In this document: one piece after another, positions 42,986 through 57,036 of the stretch
Position numbering within the stretch: the stretch's first letter is position 1
How the letters are laid out: each line of letters starts with the position of its first letter
From: Octopus vulgaris
Lineage: Eukaryota
Length of the DNA: 64,000 nt
Reading direction: 5' to 3'
Assembly: GCA_951406725.2 (NCBI GenBank)
Contig: OX597829.1
Span: 22,320,001 to 22,384,000 of the forward strand
The notes under the pieces: model-generated
What the model was told of the DNA's origin: nothing
Database searches by the model: none
The model's input: only the letters and a program-made list of their open reading frames with translations
Translations under genes and position numbers: made by a program

Positions 42986-45295
42986 AGAAGGTTTGGAGGT
43001 GATATAAAGGTATTATATATTAGAAGAAATAAGGTACTCAGAAATTTGGATGGTTTTACATTTACATGTAAAACCATCCAGATTTCTGAGTACCTTATTT
43101 CTTCTAATATATACATACACACACACACACACAAATGTGTATGTATATATACTTCTGCATATGTGTGTGTAAATATTTCTTCTTGAGTGAAATGTTCTGA
43201 CTTTTTTTTTTGTTACAGTAATGCAACGAATTAGTAAAAAAACTGCAGTCATGTCAATTTGCTTAATTACCTATTTGACAGGTATCGCCATAGAATCCAT
43301 CTGGACAGAGACATTGAAATGATGCGCCACGATCCTGACAAGTTCCTCCGTTGGAACATGTAAAACGATCACACTGACTCACTTCTGTAAAATAACAAAG
43401 AAAGAACAAAAATATTCAATAGTAGTAATAGTAGCAGCAGCAGTAGTAGTAGTAGTAGTAGTAATAACAACAATAACAGTTGGAGAAGGGGACTAGTCGA
43501 TTACATGGACGCCAGTGTTTCACTGACCCTTATTTCATCAACCCTGAAAGGATGAATGGCAAAGTTGACCTCGGCAGAATTTGAACTTAGAACACAAAAA
43601 TGGATGAAATGCTGCCATAATAATAATTAATAACAATCATAAACTTCAAATGCAAAAGAGTATAATTTCACCATATAAGACATGTACCGTTTTCATTTTA
43701 TTTCCTTTTGCAGTGAAGTATATCTCAAAGACCATCACAGTCATCTCTTTGCACAAGCACCATTAATGAGATTTCTGTGAAAATCTCTTAAATCTTTTAT
43801 TTCTAAAAAGTTCTATGCATCAAAGACAAATAGATTCTTCTCCCACAGGCTTCAGAAATATTTGATCCTTCATTTTTCAGTGTGTGTGTATCTGTGTGTA
43901 TAAATATATATATATACATATATACACCATCCGATCGTGGCCGTTTGCCAGCCTCATCTGGCACCTGTGTCGGTGGCACATAAAAACACCATCTGAGCGT
44001 GGCCGTCTGCCAGCCTCGTCTGGCACCTGTGTCGGTGGCACATAAAAAACACCATCCGAGCGTGGCCGTTTGCCAGCCTCGTCTGGCACCTGTGTCAGTG
44101 GCACATAAAATCACCCACTACACTCTCGGAGTGGTTGGCGTTAGGAAGGGCATCCAGCTGTAGAAACACTGCCAGATCTGACTGGCCTGGTGCAGCCTTC
44201 GGGCTCCCCAGACCCCAGTTGAACCGTCCAACCCATGCTAGCATGGAAAGCGGACGTTAAATGATGATGATGATGATGATGATACACACATACATACAAA
44301 CAAAAAGCATAAAGACACACACGACAGGCTTTTTTCAGTTTCCATCTACCAAATCCACTCACAAGGCTTTGGTCAGCCCAAAGGTTTTGTAGAAGATTCT
44401 TCTCCAAGGTGCCACACAGTGGGACTGAAACTGGAACCAAGTGGTTGGGAAGCAAGCTTCTTACTGCATGGCCATGTCTGTACCTAAAGCCACTATTTTT
44501 AGAATGATAATGCAAGAATGGTATGAGATGTCAGATTTGGCTGGTTTGAATTTAAAACGAGTAGAATATTTGGGTTGGATATGACTCATTTAAATGCTAC
44601 TAACTCATGTAGAGATTGCAACATTGAACAGTAATATCTATTAATTAATCATTGAACTAATTAAACCATGTTAAATTAGTTCTTGCCTCCCAACCACATG
44701 GTTGAGTCCCAGTCCCTCTGCATGGCACCTTGGGCAAGTGTTTTCTACTATAGCTTCGGGCTGACCAAAGCCTTGTAAAGTGGATTTGGTAGACGGAAAC
44801 TGAAAGAAGCCCATCACATATGTGTGTGTGTGTGTGTGTATGTGTGTATGTATATATCTGTCTGTATCTTTGTGGTTGCATTTGTCCCCCACCACTGCTT
44901 GATAACCCCAGCGTTGGCATACTTACCTGCCCCGTAATTTCGCAGTTCAGCAAAACAGTGACTAGTAGAATAAGTACAAGGCTTAAAAAAAGTCCTGGGG
45001 TCAATTTCTATTACTAAAACCCTTTAAGGCGGTGCTCCAGCATGGTTGCAGTCAAATGACTGAAATGAGTAAAAGAAACAAAAAAATAATAGAATAATCT
45101 CTTACTTGAATTGCATGTTTTCCCTTTCCATCCTTTGGGACACACACAGCGGAAACCGTTTATTCTGTCAGTGCAGATGCCATGATTTTGGCAAGGATTT
45201 GGACTACAATCATTGGTGTCTGGAAATATTTCAAGACAAAAACATATATATAAATATATTATAATAAATATCTCAAGACAAAAAATATATAAATA

Positions 45296-45332
<37 letters not shown>

Positions 45333-48300
45333 AAAATTTTGGAATAATGTTACTTGACAAGGTGCATATAACTCAGAGGTCTACAAGTATCTACAGTTTG
45401 AGCAACTATTTTTCTGATTTGTGGGGTAGAACAAGAAAGAGATGGTTGGATAATGTCCATAATCTCAATCAGTCACATTTGGGAATCCAGCTGGAGAGTC
45501 TAATGATGGTTGCTTCTCATAGGACCCTATGAAGAAAGAGGTACTTGAGGACTCTACTTCCATGACCCATCCAGTAATAGTGGGTGAAGAAAACAGATGG
45601 CTGGACAGATGATTTAATTGGAAATTTTTCTTATCCTTCCTTTTTCTCAGATGGTAATGTGTTATCTGAGGAAATTTGGATGCTACTTTTGTAGCATGTA
45701 GTGACTCCCTTATCGGCTTGAAAGAGAAATATGATTCTTACACCACAGAAAAGCTTCTTTCAAACTGGAAGGGGTTTGCATGGTTAAGCGTAACCTCTAA
45801 ACTGCAGAACAACACTTTAGATGTTACACGGCAGCCATTATTACAAATGTTTTAATTTGTTTTATCCAAATTATTAAAATTTAGATTTACATAATGAATT
45901 TATATTCTTAATTTTTATGATTAGTCTATAAAATTGTATTATTTTTATAATTATTGAGTTATCAGATAAATTTGCTTTCTTTCTATTTGGTACCTCAGTT
46001 TGAAAAGAAGTAAAACTTTATCCAAAAGTTGTAGAAGAATAGAGTTCCACAAAAACAAAAAAACAATAAAAATATTTTTCGTGTTAATTCAAATAATATT
46101 GGAAAGAAAGGATTAAGATAAATGGGACAAAAAAAAAAAGTAACTAATTTATCTGATAATCCAATCTTTTTTATTCTAAAAAATAATTCTTTCTATTAAA
46201 GGCACAAGGCCTGAAATTTTCTTCGACTCCAGTGTTTAAGTGGTTCTTATTTTATCAACCCCAAAATGATGGATGTAAGGCAAAATTGACCTCAGCAGAA
46301 TTTGAACTCAGAATGTAAAGATGGATGAAATTCCACTGAGCATTTTGCCCAGCATGCTAATGATTCTGCCAGCCAAAAATAATATAAAAATAATAAATAA
46401 TAAATCATAAAAAAAAAAGTGTTACTCACTGCGGCTACAGCTACTACCTTCCCATCCCGGTGCACAAACACACCGGTAAGATTGTACTCCATCAATGCAA
46501 GTCCCATGGTTACGACATGGATTTCGCAAGCAGTCATTTATGTCTGAAATTAGAAAATAGAAACGGAAATAGAGAAATGTTTGGAATTTTGAATGGTTGG
46601 GTAGGTGGGCCTTCCTTTTGTAGATAACAGATGTGGGTTCTGAAATTTTTTGCTGAATACAATCTGCACAGGTGATTTTCTAATAGTGCTCCAATATTTG
46701 TGCTGCACATTAAGTTCACACTTTCCCTCCATCCCCCTCAATCAAATTGGTGTTGTTTGTACAGGTGCTTGGTGTGGTGTGCCACATGTCAGATGTCAAA
46801 GTAATTGCAAAACAAAACGAAAAAAATACCCCCTCCTCAAGAACACAGAGGCGCTGCCCAGTCTGGGAATCAAAACCACACACACACAAAAGCATGCATG
46901 CATGCATGCATACACACAAACACAAGTTTCTCCTGAAAGCCTATTTAAGTCTCATCAAGCCATTAGGTAAGACTCAGGTAAAAAGTGTTTTGCAAGAAAT
47001 CTAACTCCACTTTTCAGAACAGGGCTTCCTTATCAATGAATATTCAATTTTTATTGTTATATTTCGGAATGCAAATTTTGCCAGTTTAGCCAATAAAAAC
47101 ACATGCACTATATATTTGGTGTTATTTATTTTTTACATTAATCTTAATCTTATTTCGGCCAGAGTTCTTTCGTCACACTCCTGTGATGCGGTCACAGGAG
47201 TGTGACGAAAGAACTCTGCCGAAATAAGATTAAGATTAATGTAAAAAATAAATAACACTGAAGCAAAATAACACCAAATATATAGTGCGTGTGTTTTTAT
47301 TGGCTAAACTGGCAAAATGACCATTCCGAAATATAACAATATCTGTTTCATGACTTCACATAAAAAATCTTGCACAACAAATATATAAACGTATTATTCA
47401 ATTTTTAGTTAAAAGACAAAAAAAAAAAAACTACTTTAAAATGAGATAGAAAGAGAGAGGGAGAGAAAGATATATATATATATATATATATATGTATACA
47501 CACAAACAAGGACAGACAAAGGGATTAAGTCAATTACATCGACTCCAGTGTGTAACTGGTACTTATTTAATCGACCCCACCACCACCACTACCCACAAAA
47601 GGCAAAGTCAACCTCGGCGGAATTTGAACTCAGAACGTAACAGCAGACAAAATAGTGCAAAGTATTTCGCTTGGCGTGTAACAATTCTGCCAGCTTGCCG
47701 CCTTCACAAACACAACTTGCACACATGTCAGGTTTCTTTCAGTTTCCACGTACCAAATCCATTGAGAAGGCTTTGGTTGGCTCAGGATTATTATAGAAGG
47801 TACTTGCCCAAGGTACCATGTAGTGGGACTGAACCATAGGCTGCATTGTTGAGCTTTACACATGTTATACACACTGAACAAGGCCCATAACTCTGTTAGC
47901 TCCGACTGCTTGAAAGACAAAGATTTATCTTGCTACTTCACCACTAAATGGCTTAATCATAGCAAAAACATTCAGTTGTGGAAAACAACTGTTTGGACAA
48001 ATAAACTATTACATATAAATCTATGCAACAAACAATGTGAAGACATAAACCAGCAAATAAAGAAAAAAAGAAAAAAAAAGAAATATTTAAAAAATTCTGA
48101 TGTCTTACTTTCATGACAATATGTTCCCTGGTAGCCTGACTGGCATTCACATACAAAACGACTTCCAGCCTGGCTTCGACAAATTCCATGTTTACCACAG
48201 ATGTTGGATGATATTGAACGCACCTCCCCACTAGTTCGGTTGGACGGAACAGATATGGTACATTGGTCAATAACTGTTGATAAACAGGTGAACAAGAAAT

Positions 48301-48424
48301 AATAATTTTTGAAATGACCGGTTTTTAAAGTTTTATTTGAACCATCAATCAGCACCACCATGTTTCTTACTGCCACCACCAACACCACAAAGTTACTAAG
48401 TATTTTTATAAAATTTTCTGAACC

Positions 48425-48502
<78 letters not shown>

Positions 48503-50694
48503 GAAAGATGACAAAGGAATGAATGATAATCTTATGAAATACAATAGCTTACAGCTGTTTCTACTATAAGATACAGTGGAAAGATTAGACGAGTGTTTGA
48601 ATAATGCATCATAGCTTCATCAGAGCCTTGAATATGAAGTACAATATATTTGGGGAAAAAAATGGTTGGCTTTTAAATGGGAAACCATGACCTGAATGGA
48701 AGATAATGGCAAGTAGAAGAAATGGACAAACTTGAAGCTAACCTTCACAAGAACCATTTGGACAAATTTTCTTCTTTCTTTCACAAGTTTTTCCTTCAAA
48801 ACCAGGCTGACAATGGCAGTAGAAATCTCCTCGCATATCATAACATGTAGAACCAGATCTGCAAGGGTTTTGTTGGCACAAATTGATAGCAATCTAGTAA
48901 TAGAAATAAAGTAATATTGTATGAATTCATTTTGGTTTTTAAAGAATTTATATTTACAAAGAATAGCATTATTTGGTTTAGAAATAAAAAAAAAACAGAA
49001 GTAAATAATCAAAGACACTCATTACAACAGAAAAATATCCACAGATTCTAAAATTATATCCTTAATCTTTACCATATTTCAATTGAAATACACTGCTTTT
49101 CATTTTAATTGATTTTGAAGATAAAGAATTTAATAAAATAACTTTCTTATTATCAAGTTGGAGTTTGGAACATAACATGATATTTTGATAGGTTTTTATC
49201 TAGATCACTTTAAGCCTTTTGTTACCATATTTGTTGAAATATCATGTTATTATTTCAATTAATTATGAAAATAATGAAGAATTTTATAAATTAACTTTGT
49301 CATTATCAAGTTGGTGTTTGGAACATAAATTAAAGACAAAATTTTGATAGAAGGAACTTTTAACTTAGATGACTTTAAAACAAGGATGTTGTCTCATAGA
49401 AACAGAGCTAATCTCAAGCAGGTCGATATCAAAAGAGTTAATGATGAAGTGAATTAGACAGATTTCTGTAATAATCTTTTTCAAGCAAATTCTTATCAAT
49501 CTTCATTATTTTAGATCCCTCTAATTTAAGATCCCCACAAGTCTCCAGCTCTCTCTTTCGTATTTTCCATTCTTCCAATTCTTCAATTTCTTCAATAAAT
49601 CAAGATATGCCTCTTGTTGTGTCTACGGAGAGACATTATGCAAATATAATTAACACATGCACTGGTCCTGTTCAATAGGTTGCAGGTAGCAATGAAAGAT
49701 TCTTTCACAAACAAAGACAAAACAAATTAAGTAATCAATTAGTTAGTTGGTTATTTAACCAATTGACAAATGAAGGAATGAAACTGAACCAGTGTTTGTG
49801 TTAATTATATTGGCAAAATGGCTCCCCTTAGACACAATAAAATTTGTTTCAATACATGAATTCAAATAACAGATCTTACAAACCAGATACAAAAATCAAG
49901 ATGCTTTCTTTTAACAATTCATTGAGATCTTTATTGAACATTTCTGGTGAGGCTTGACACAAACTAAGATGAATGTCCATGAAACAACAACAACAGCTGC
50001 TGCCATGACCACCACCATCACTCATAGCTGAGCACTTGTGTGTATAAAGGTACAAGAAGATTGTTTGTGAGTAGACTAGAGTTAGAAGATGGCACCTACC
50101 TGACACTGCAAACCAACATAGCCTGAGGGACACTCACACCTGAAGCCATCGTTAAGGTCGTGACATACACCTCCATTTAGACAAGGTAGGCTATGGCACC
50201 CATTTATCGCTGCATCACAGTGCCGCCCTGTAAAGCCTGGTCTGCACTGACAACGGTAATCATTCACAAGGTTCTACAAACAACAACAACGTTACACATA
50301 TAGATACATATATACATTTATAAATACATATATACATACATACAGACATACAATTAGTGGCAATTGAATTTTTGCTTTTTGATTTTATATTGCAGATAGC
50401 CACCTACCCACCTTCATTATCATATATAAATATATAGCTATCTATCTATATCTATATCATCATCGTTTAACGTCCGTTCTCCATGCTAGCATGCAGCTTC
50501 AATAATGGACAGAGTCAACATCCATTGACAAGGATGTAAAAGTAATGAAAATTTTAGAAGAAAAAAGATAATGAGTGGAAATGGAACCAGTGCGTGTGTT
50601 TTAAGCCATTAAGACAATATGACTCTCCCCAGATGCAACAAAATTTGTTTCAATGCATGAATTTACATGAAGAATCTTGCAAACCAGATACAAA

Positions 50695-50747
<53 letters not shown>

Positions 50748-53700
50748 CTGTCCTTCTTATCACTTTATGGTCAAACAGGAAATGTGGGACCTGCTTCTAT
50801 TTATTTACTTTTTTATTTTGTTTAGCCAGGTAAACTGGAACAAAGAGACTGACACTCATTCATGAAGGGTGCATTAGAAGAGGTTTGAACTCATGCCCAT
50901 GTGGTCAACAGTCCAGCCCAATAAGCCTCACTGTCATTGATGCAATGAAGAAGCCACAATGCAGTTGCTTCTTGAACTGCTAGAAACAGCAGCAAAATCT
51001 CAACCTACTCTTGGATGCCCCTAGAAAAAAAAAAACCTGACAGAATAGTCCCAGTTGGAAAGCCTTACATCATGCATGACTGTTTAGGTGACCACCCTGA
51101 GTCAAACACCAATGACAGCCACAGTCACTGTGCTGAGCATTAAATATGAAACAAAAAATTTTTTTAAATTTAAAAAATAAAAATGCCAAGATGTAAACTC
51201 ACAACGCATGTAGCACCATTGTGACACTGACCAACACAATCAATGATGTCTGCAAGAGAAGAAACAGGTGAGAGAATATTAGAAAGCTTATTCCATATGT
51301 GGTCATCTGGCCTAAAAGAGCAAGAAATGACAATGGAAGAGAATTTATCATTATCATCATCATCATCATCACAAGCAAAAAAAAGAAAGAAAAAAGAAAA
51401 AAGCAAAACGAAAAAAAACAACTTAGATTTATTAGAAATATACTTCATAAGGTAACATTGGAAAATAATGGGAACTAATACATTGATTAATTTACCACCA
51501 AAAATCTTAATTAGAAATGCAGATTAAATAATTAATTAAGATTCTGTTTTCACAAACAAGTATTTAAATACATATGTATGTACAACTCCAGTGCATAAGT
51601 ACAACTGCTCTTTCTCTCTCTCTTTCATTCTCATAGTCAGCCTCTCTCCCTCCCTCCCTCTCTCTCTCACACACTACACACACACATGTATACAAACACT
51701 CATGCACACACATACATACAGTCGCACACGCACAAACACACTCGCATGCACACATGCTCACACACACAAATAGACACGGACACATAAATACACTCACACT
51801 CATGTACCCACATGCAAGTACACCCCCATACACACAAGTGTACAAAAAAAAAAAAAAAAAAGGTTATTAGCTAAGATGAAACAGTCCAAGATGTATACTT
51901 ACTCATATCACAGTTTTTCCCAGTCCAACCTGCCTGGCACTGACATTCATAGCTACCTTGAAGATTCCGACAGTAGATTGCATTCACACAGGTGCTGTCT
52001 TTGCATTCATCGACATCTAGCTGGCACTGAGCCCCTTGCCAGCCAGGACGACAATGGCATTTGTATCCATTAACTTGATCTTCACACCAGCCATTATTCA
52101 TGCATGGGTTTGATGCACACTCGTCAATATCTGTTAATTTAGATTAATGCAATAAATATATTCATTTCTTTTTAAACTAAACACAAGGCCCACTCTTGGA
52201 GAAGAGGGATACAGCATATTACATATACACACACATCACATATATAATATGTATAATATATATATATACCGGAGTAAACACATAAATGTGAAACAAGGTG
52301 GAAAAAAGAGTACTCAAATACCAGTGGTAGAGTAATATGCTTTATTTAAAGCAGCGTCCGACAAACGGGAACGTGAAACTCAGAGTAACAGGTTTTGTTG
52401 AATTTTCTGCTGCTTTAAATAATATATATATTATACATATTATATATATAATTATTCAAAATTATAATTTAGGGTATCTAAGAGACACCAGCACACTGGA
52501 AATAGCAGTCAAAACTTGACTCTAAAACCACATTAAATGTTCATACATCTTGCTAACTCCCTGTGATTACAGTAAATCCAAGGTCAAAACAAGGTTATTT
52601 CCCTTCGAGAATGTAACCTGCACTCCATACGTAATAACAAGCAAAACAACAATAACAATAACAACAAAGCATATTTAGTGATGAGATGAAGTGAGTTCAT
52701 AATATTATTTACATACCAGTTTCACACAAAGATCCAGTCCAGCCAGGAGCACAAATACAAGACACTCCATTTGCTGCAATTACACATGTGCCACCATTTT
52801 CACATGGATTAGTTTCACAGTCACGATCAACTACAAGGAAACAGTAAGCAGATTAAAGTGTGTTTATAGATTAAAAACACTCCAGATTATCAAATCCACA
52901 AATCCAATGAGATATTAAATCTACCAAACAAATTGTCAAATCCATCCCATACGTTGTTAAAGCCATTCATCCAACAGTAAGCAGAGTAAAGTGTGTTTAT
53001 AGATTAAAAACACTCCACAGATTATTAAATCCACAAATCCAATGAGATATTAAATCTACCTCAACAAATTGTCAAATCCATTACGTAAAAAGCACCATCC
53101 GATTGTGGCCGTTGCCAGCCTTGTCTGGCCCCTGTGCTGGTGGCACGTAAAAAGCACCATCCGATCATGGCCATTTGCCAGCCTCGTCTGGCACCTGTGC
53201 AGGTGGCATGTAAAAAGCACCCACTACACTCACGGAGTGGTTGGCGTTAGGAAGGGCATCCAGCTGTAGAAACATTGCCAGATCAGACTGGGCCTGGCGC
53301 AGCCTTCTGGCTTCCCAGACCCCAGTTGAACAGTCCATCCCATGCTAGCATGAAAAATGGACGTTAAATGATGATGATGATGATGAAGTTGTTAAAGCCA
53401 TTCATCCAACAGTAAGCAGATTAAAGTGTGTTTATACATTAAAAACACTCCACAGATTATTAAATCCACAGATCCAATGAGATATTAAATCTACCTTAAC
53501 AAATTGTCAAATCCATCCCATAAGTTGTTAAAGCCATTCATCCAACAAGCTGCCAAATCCAACCAGTAGTTATTAAATCCCTTATCCATTCCCAACAAAT
53601 TATTGTCAAATCCACCTCCAAAAATTGTCAACTTTATACCTATAAGTTGTTAAATCTACCCCATCAAATTCATCCCACAAGTTGCTAAATCCACCCCTCT

Positions 53701-54407
53701 AACAAGTTAAATCCATTCTACAAGTGTTAATCCACCCCTTCAAGTTACAGTAAATTTATCCAATGTGATTTAGCTCAAACTGAAAGCATATGTCATAATT
53801 TTTCTATTTCCATATATTTATAGTCAGAAGAGAAACAATAGCAAAATCTGGTCATTTTTAAGGGTCCCCAAAACTTGTCGAAAGAAGTTATTCTCAAACT
53901 GAAAATCTAGACTAAAAATGTTTACAGCAGAGCAGACCCAGTCAAAGACACCAAAGAACCAGGTGCTGATGGTGCAAAATCAGTCATCAGCTTCAGTTTC
54001 TCAGTCCCAGAACAAGAATGGTTCCTCTGAGTGCCTAAGGTGCTGAATATCGCTTGCCAGACCATAGCTGACTTAAAGCTATGGTAGCTTTTCCCAAGGT
54101 GCCACACAGTTGATTTGAACTTGAAAAGACGTAGTTGTGAAGTAAATCTTCATAACAACACAGCCATGAACCAGTATTGAAGAATTTCATAAATATTTGA
54201 AAATACAAATATATATATAGGCGTAGGAGTGGCTGTGTAGTAAGTAACTTGCTTACCAACCACATGGTTCTGGGTTTAGTACCCACTGTGTGGCACCTTG
54301 AGCAAGTGTCTTCAACTATAGCCTCGGGCCGACCAAAGCCTTGTGAGTGGATTTGGTAGACGGAAACTGAAAGAAGCCTGTCGTATATATGTATGCGTAT
54401 ATATGTA

Positions 54408-54463
<56 letters not shown>

Positions 54464-55439
54464 GTGTGTTTGTCCCCGACTCCAACATCGCTTGACAACC
54501 GATGCTGGTGTGTTTATATTCCCGTAACTTAGCAGTTCAGCATAAGAGACCGATAGAATAAGTACTAGGCTTATAAAGAATAAGTCCTGGGGTCAATTTG
54601 CTCGACTAAAGGCGGACCTCCAGCATGGCCACAGTCAAATGACTGAAACAAGTAAAAGAGTAAAAGAGAGTAATATATATAGCTGCTATTTCTAGTACTT
54701 TAAGCAACAATATAGATGCCACACTTGTTTTGATTAAATATGTAATATTAAATACGTATCAATTAGATATGCATTAATTAGAATGTACTGGTCTGACAGA
54801 TGCCAACATGGAAAATGGACATTAATGGATGCTGATGCTGATGCTGATGATGCAATAATTCCTGATAGTAGCACAAGGCTGCACATTTTTAGACAAATAT
54901 AATCTGAGACTGAATAGAGGCTCTCTTCTAGCACTGCTGCTGCTGCTAATTTTACGGATGCCTAGTAGGGAGTAGGGAAGAATGAAAGGGAAACACACCC
55001 CTAGTAATATTTGGACTTGGAATGTTGAGAGAGGAAAATAAATGCTAGTACATGCGTAATTTGACACAGCGTTTTTCTGCAACTCTAAATGAATTCATTA
55101 GACACACTAACGAGTAAAACTTCCACCAAGGGAGACACTAATTACAAATATTGTAATTGCTTACTTTGATAATATTTAAGACATTTATTCAGTTTTTTTT
55201 TCCTTTTACTTTTTCTTATTTCACTCATTATTAGACTGTGGCCATGTTGGAGCACGTCCTTGAAGAATCTTTAGTTGAATGAACTGACCCCCAATACTTA
55301 TTATTTTTCTCTAAAAGCCAGGTACTTATTCTATCATTCACTTTGCTGAACTGCTAAGTTACAGGGATGTAAATACACCAGCACTGGTTGTCAAGCAGTG
55401 ATGGCAGATAAACACAGGCACAAAGATACACACACACAC

Positions 55440-55477
<38 letters not shown>

Positions 55478-56990
55478 CAGTAAATAATATATATATATAT
55501 ATAATAATATATATAATATATAATAATAATAATATATATATATATATATATTACAGTAAATAATATATATATATATATATATATATTACAGTAAATAATA
55601 TATATTGGGGCAAGTGAAATCGAAATTGAACCAATCCTATGACTAGCACCTGGCAGATGCCAGGGCCCTGGGACTGGAGGTACGTAAAAAGCACTATCCG
55701 AATTGTGGCCGATGCCAGCGCCGCCTCGACTGGCTTCCGTGTCGGTAGCACGTAAAAAGCACCATCCGAATCGTAGCCGAAGCCAGTGCCGCTTTGACTG
55801 GCTTCCATAAAATGCACCAATCCGATCGTGGCCGATGCCAGCCTTGCCTGGCACTAGTGCAGGTGGCACGTAAAAAGGCACCCACTACACTCACGGAGTG
55901 GTTGGCGTTAGGAAGGGCATCCAGCTGTAGAAACTTTGCCAGATAAGACCGGAGCCTGGTGCAGCCTTCTGGCTTCCCAGATCCCCGGTCGAACCGTCCA
56001 ACCCATGCTAGCATGGAGAACGGACGTTAAACGATGATGATGATGATGATGATATATACATACATACACATATATATATATATATATACACACACACAAT
56101 GGGCTTCACTTAGTTTCCATCTGCTAAATCCACTCAAAAGGCTTTGGTTGGCCTGAGGTTATAGAAGAAGACACTTGCCCAAGGTGACACACAACAGGAC
56201 TGAACCTGGAACCATGCAGTTGGGAAACAAATTTCTTACCACACAGACATGACTGCATCTATAGACAGTCAGGAAAAAAAAAATTCTGAAGAGATGGACA
56301 AGGGAATGCGTAAGACTAATTGCCTTGTTACTTCAGCAAATTACAGGTATTTCTTTTATCAGTTAATTGAAGAGAGAAAAAAAAAAGAGAGAGAGAGAGA
56401 CACACACACAAACAGTTGTCAGACAGAGTGAAAGCAAAGTAGACATCAATAGAACAGCAAGGGCCAGAAATTAAAAAAAAAAACAAAAAACAAAAACAAA
56501 AGCAAAACCTTGAAGCTGAACATCATCAATAACAACATTTTAACTACCACTTCTCAATATTTGGATGGCTCAGAGAAAATTCAGTGTGACAGATTATCTA
56601 CAGCTGGATGCCCTTCCTGTCACCAACCTGAGCAAGATAATATTTTCTTATGACTAGACGGTGTTTCCTAGGGCTAAATAACAGTAGCATTCTTCCCTTT
56701 CATGGGACTGTCACATTAAGTTGACAACATGCTATCACTTTATATATTGTTGGTAAAACATGAATACAAAAAAGAAGCACATTCTAAGGTACAGAGCAGT
56801 ATATTATATAAAGTTAGATAAGGCCTGTTTATGGCATTACCCTGGGTTTCACGTGAAACCTAGTACTTGCTAGACAGACCATAGGCCAACAGATTTGGGA
56901 TCTGATGACATGCTGTAAAGCTAAACACTTTATGGGCATGAAACCCAGGTTAACTCCATAAACTGGCTTTATCTAACTTTATCTGTGTAT

Positions 56991-57036
<46 letters not shown>

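Noticed and set aside
43925-44110. Regular ~62-bp repeats superficially like a CRISPR array (also 52840-53547)
   Set aside because: Units are contiguous with no unique spacers; eukaryotic retroelement context; no cas genes
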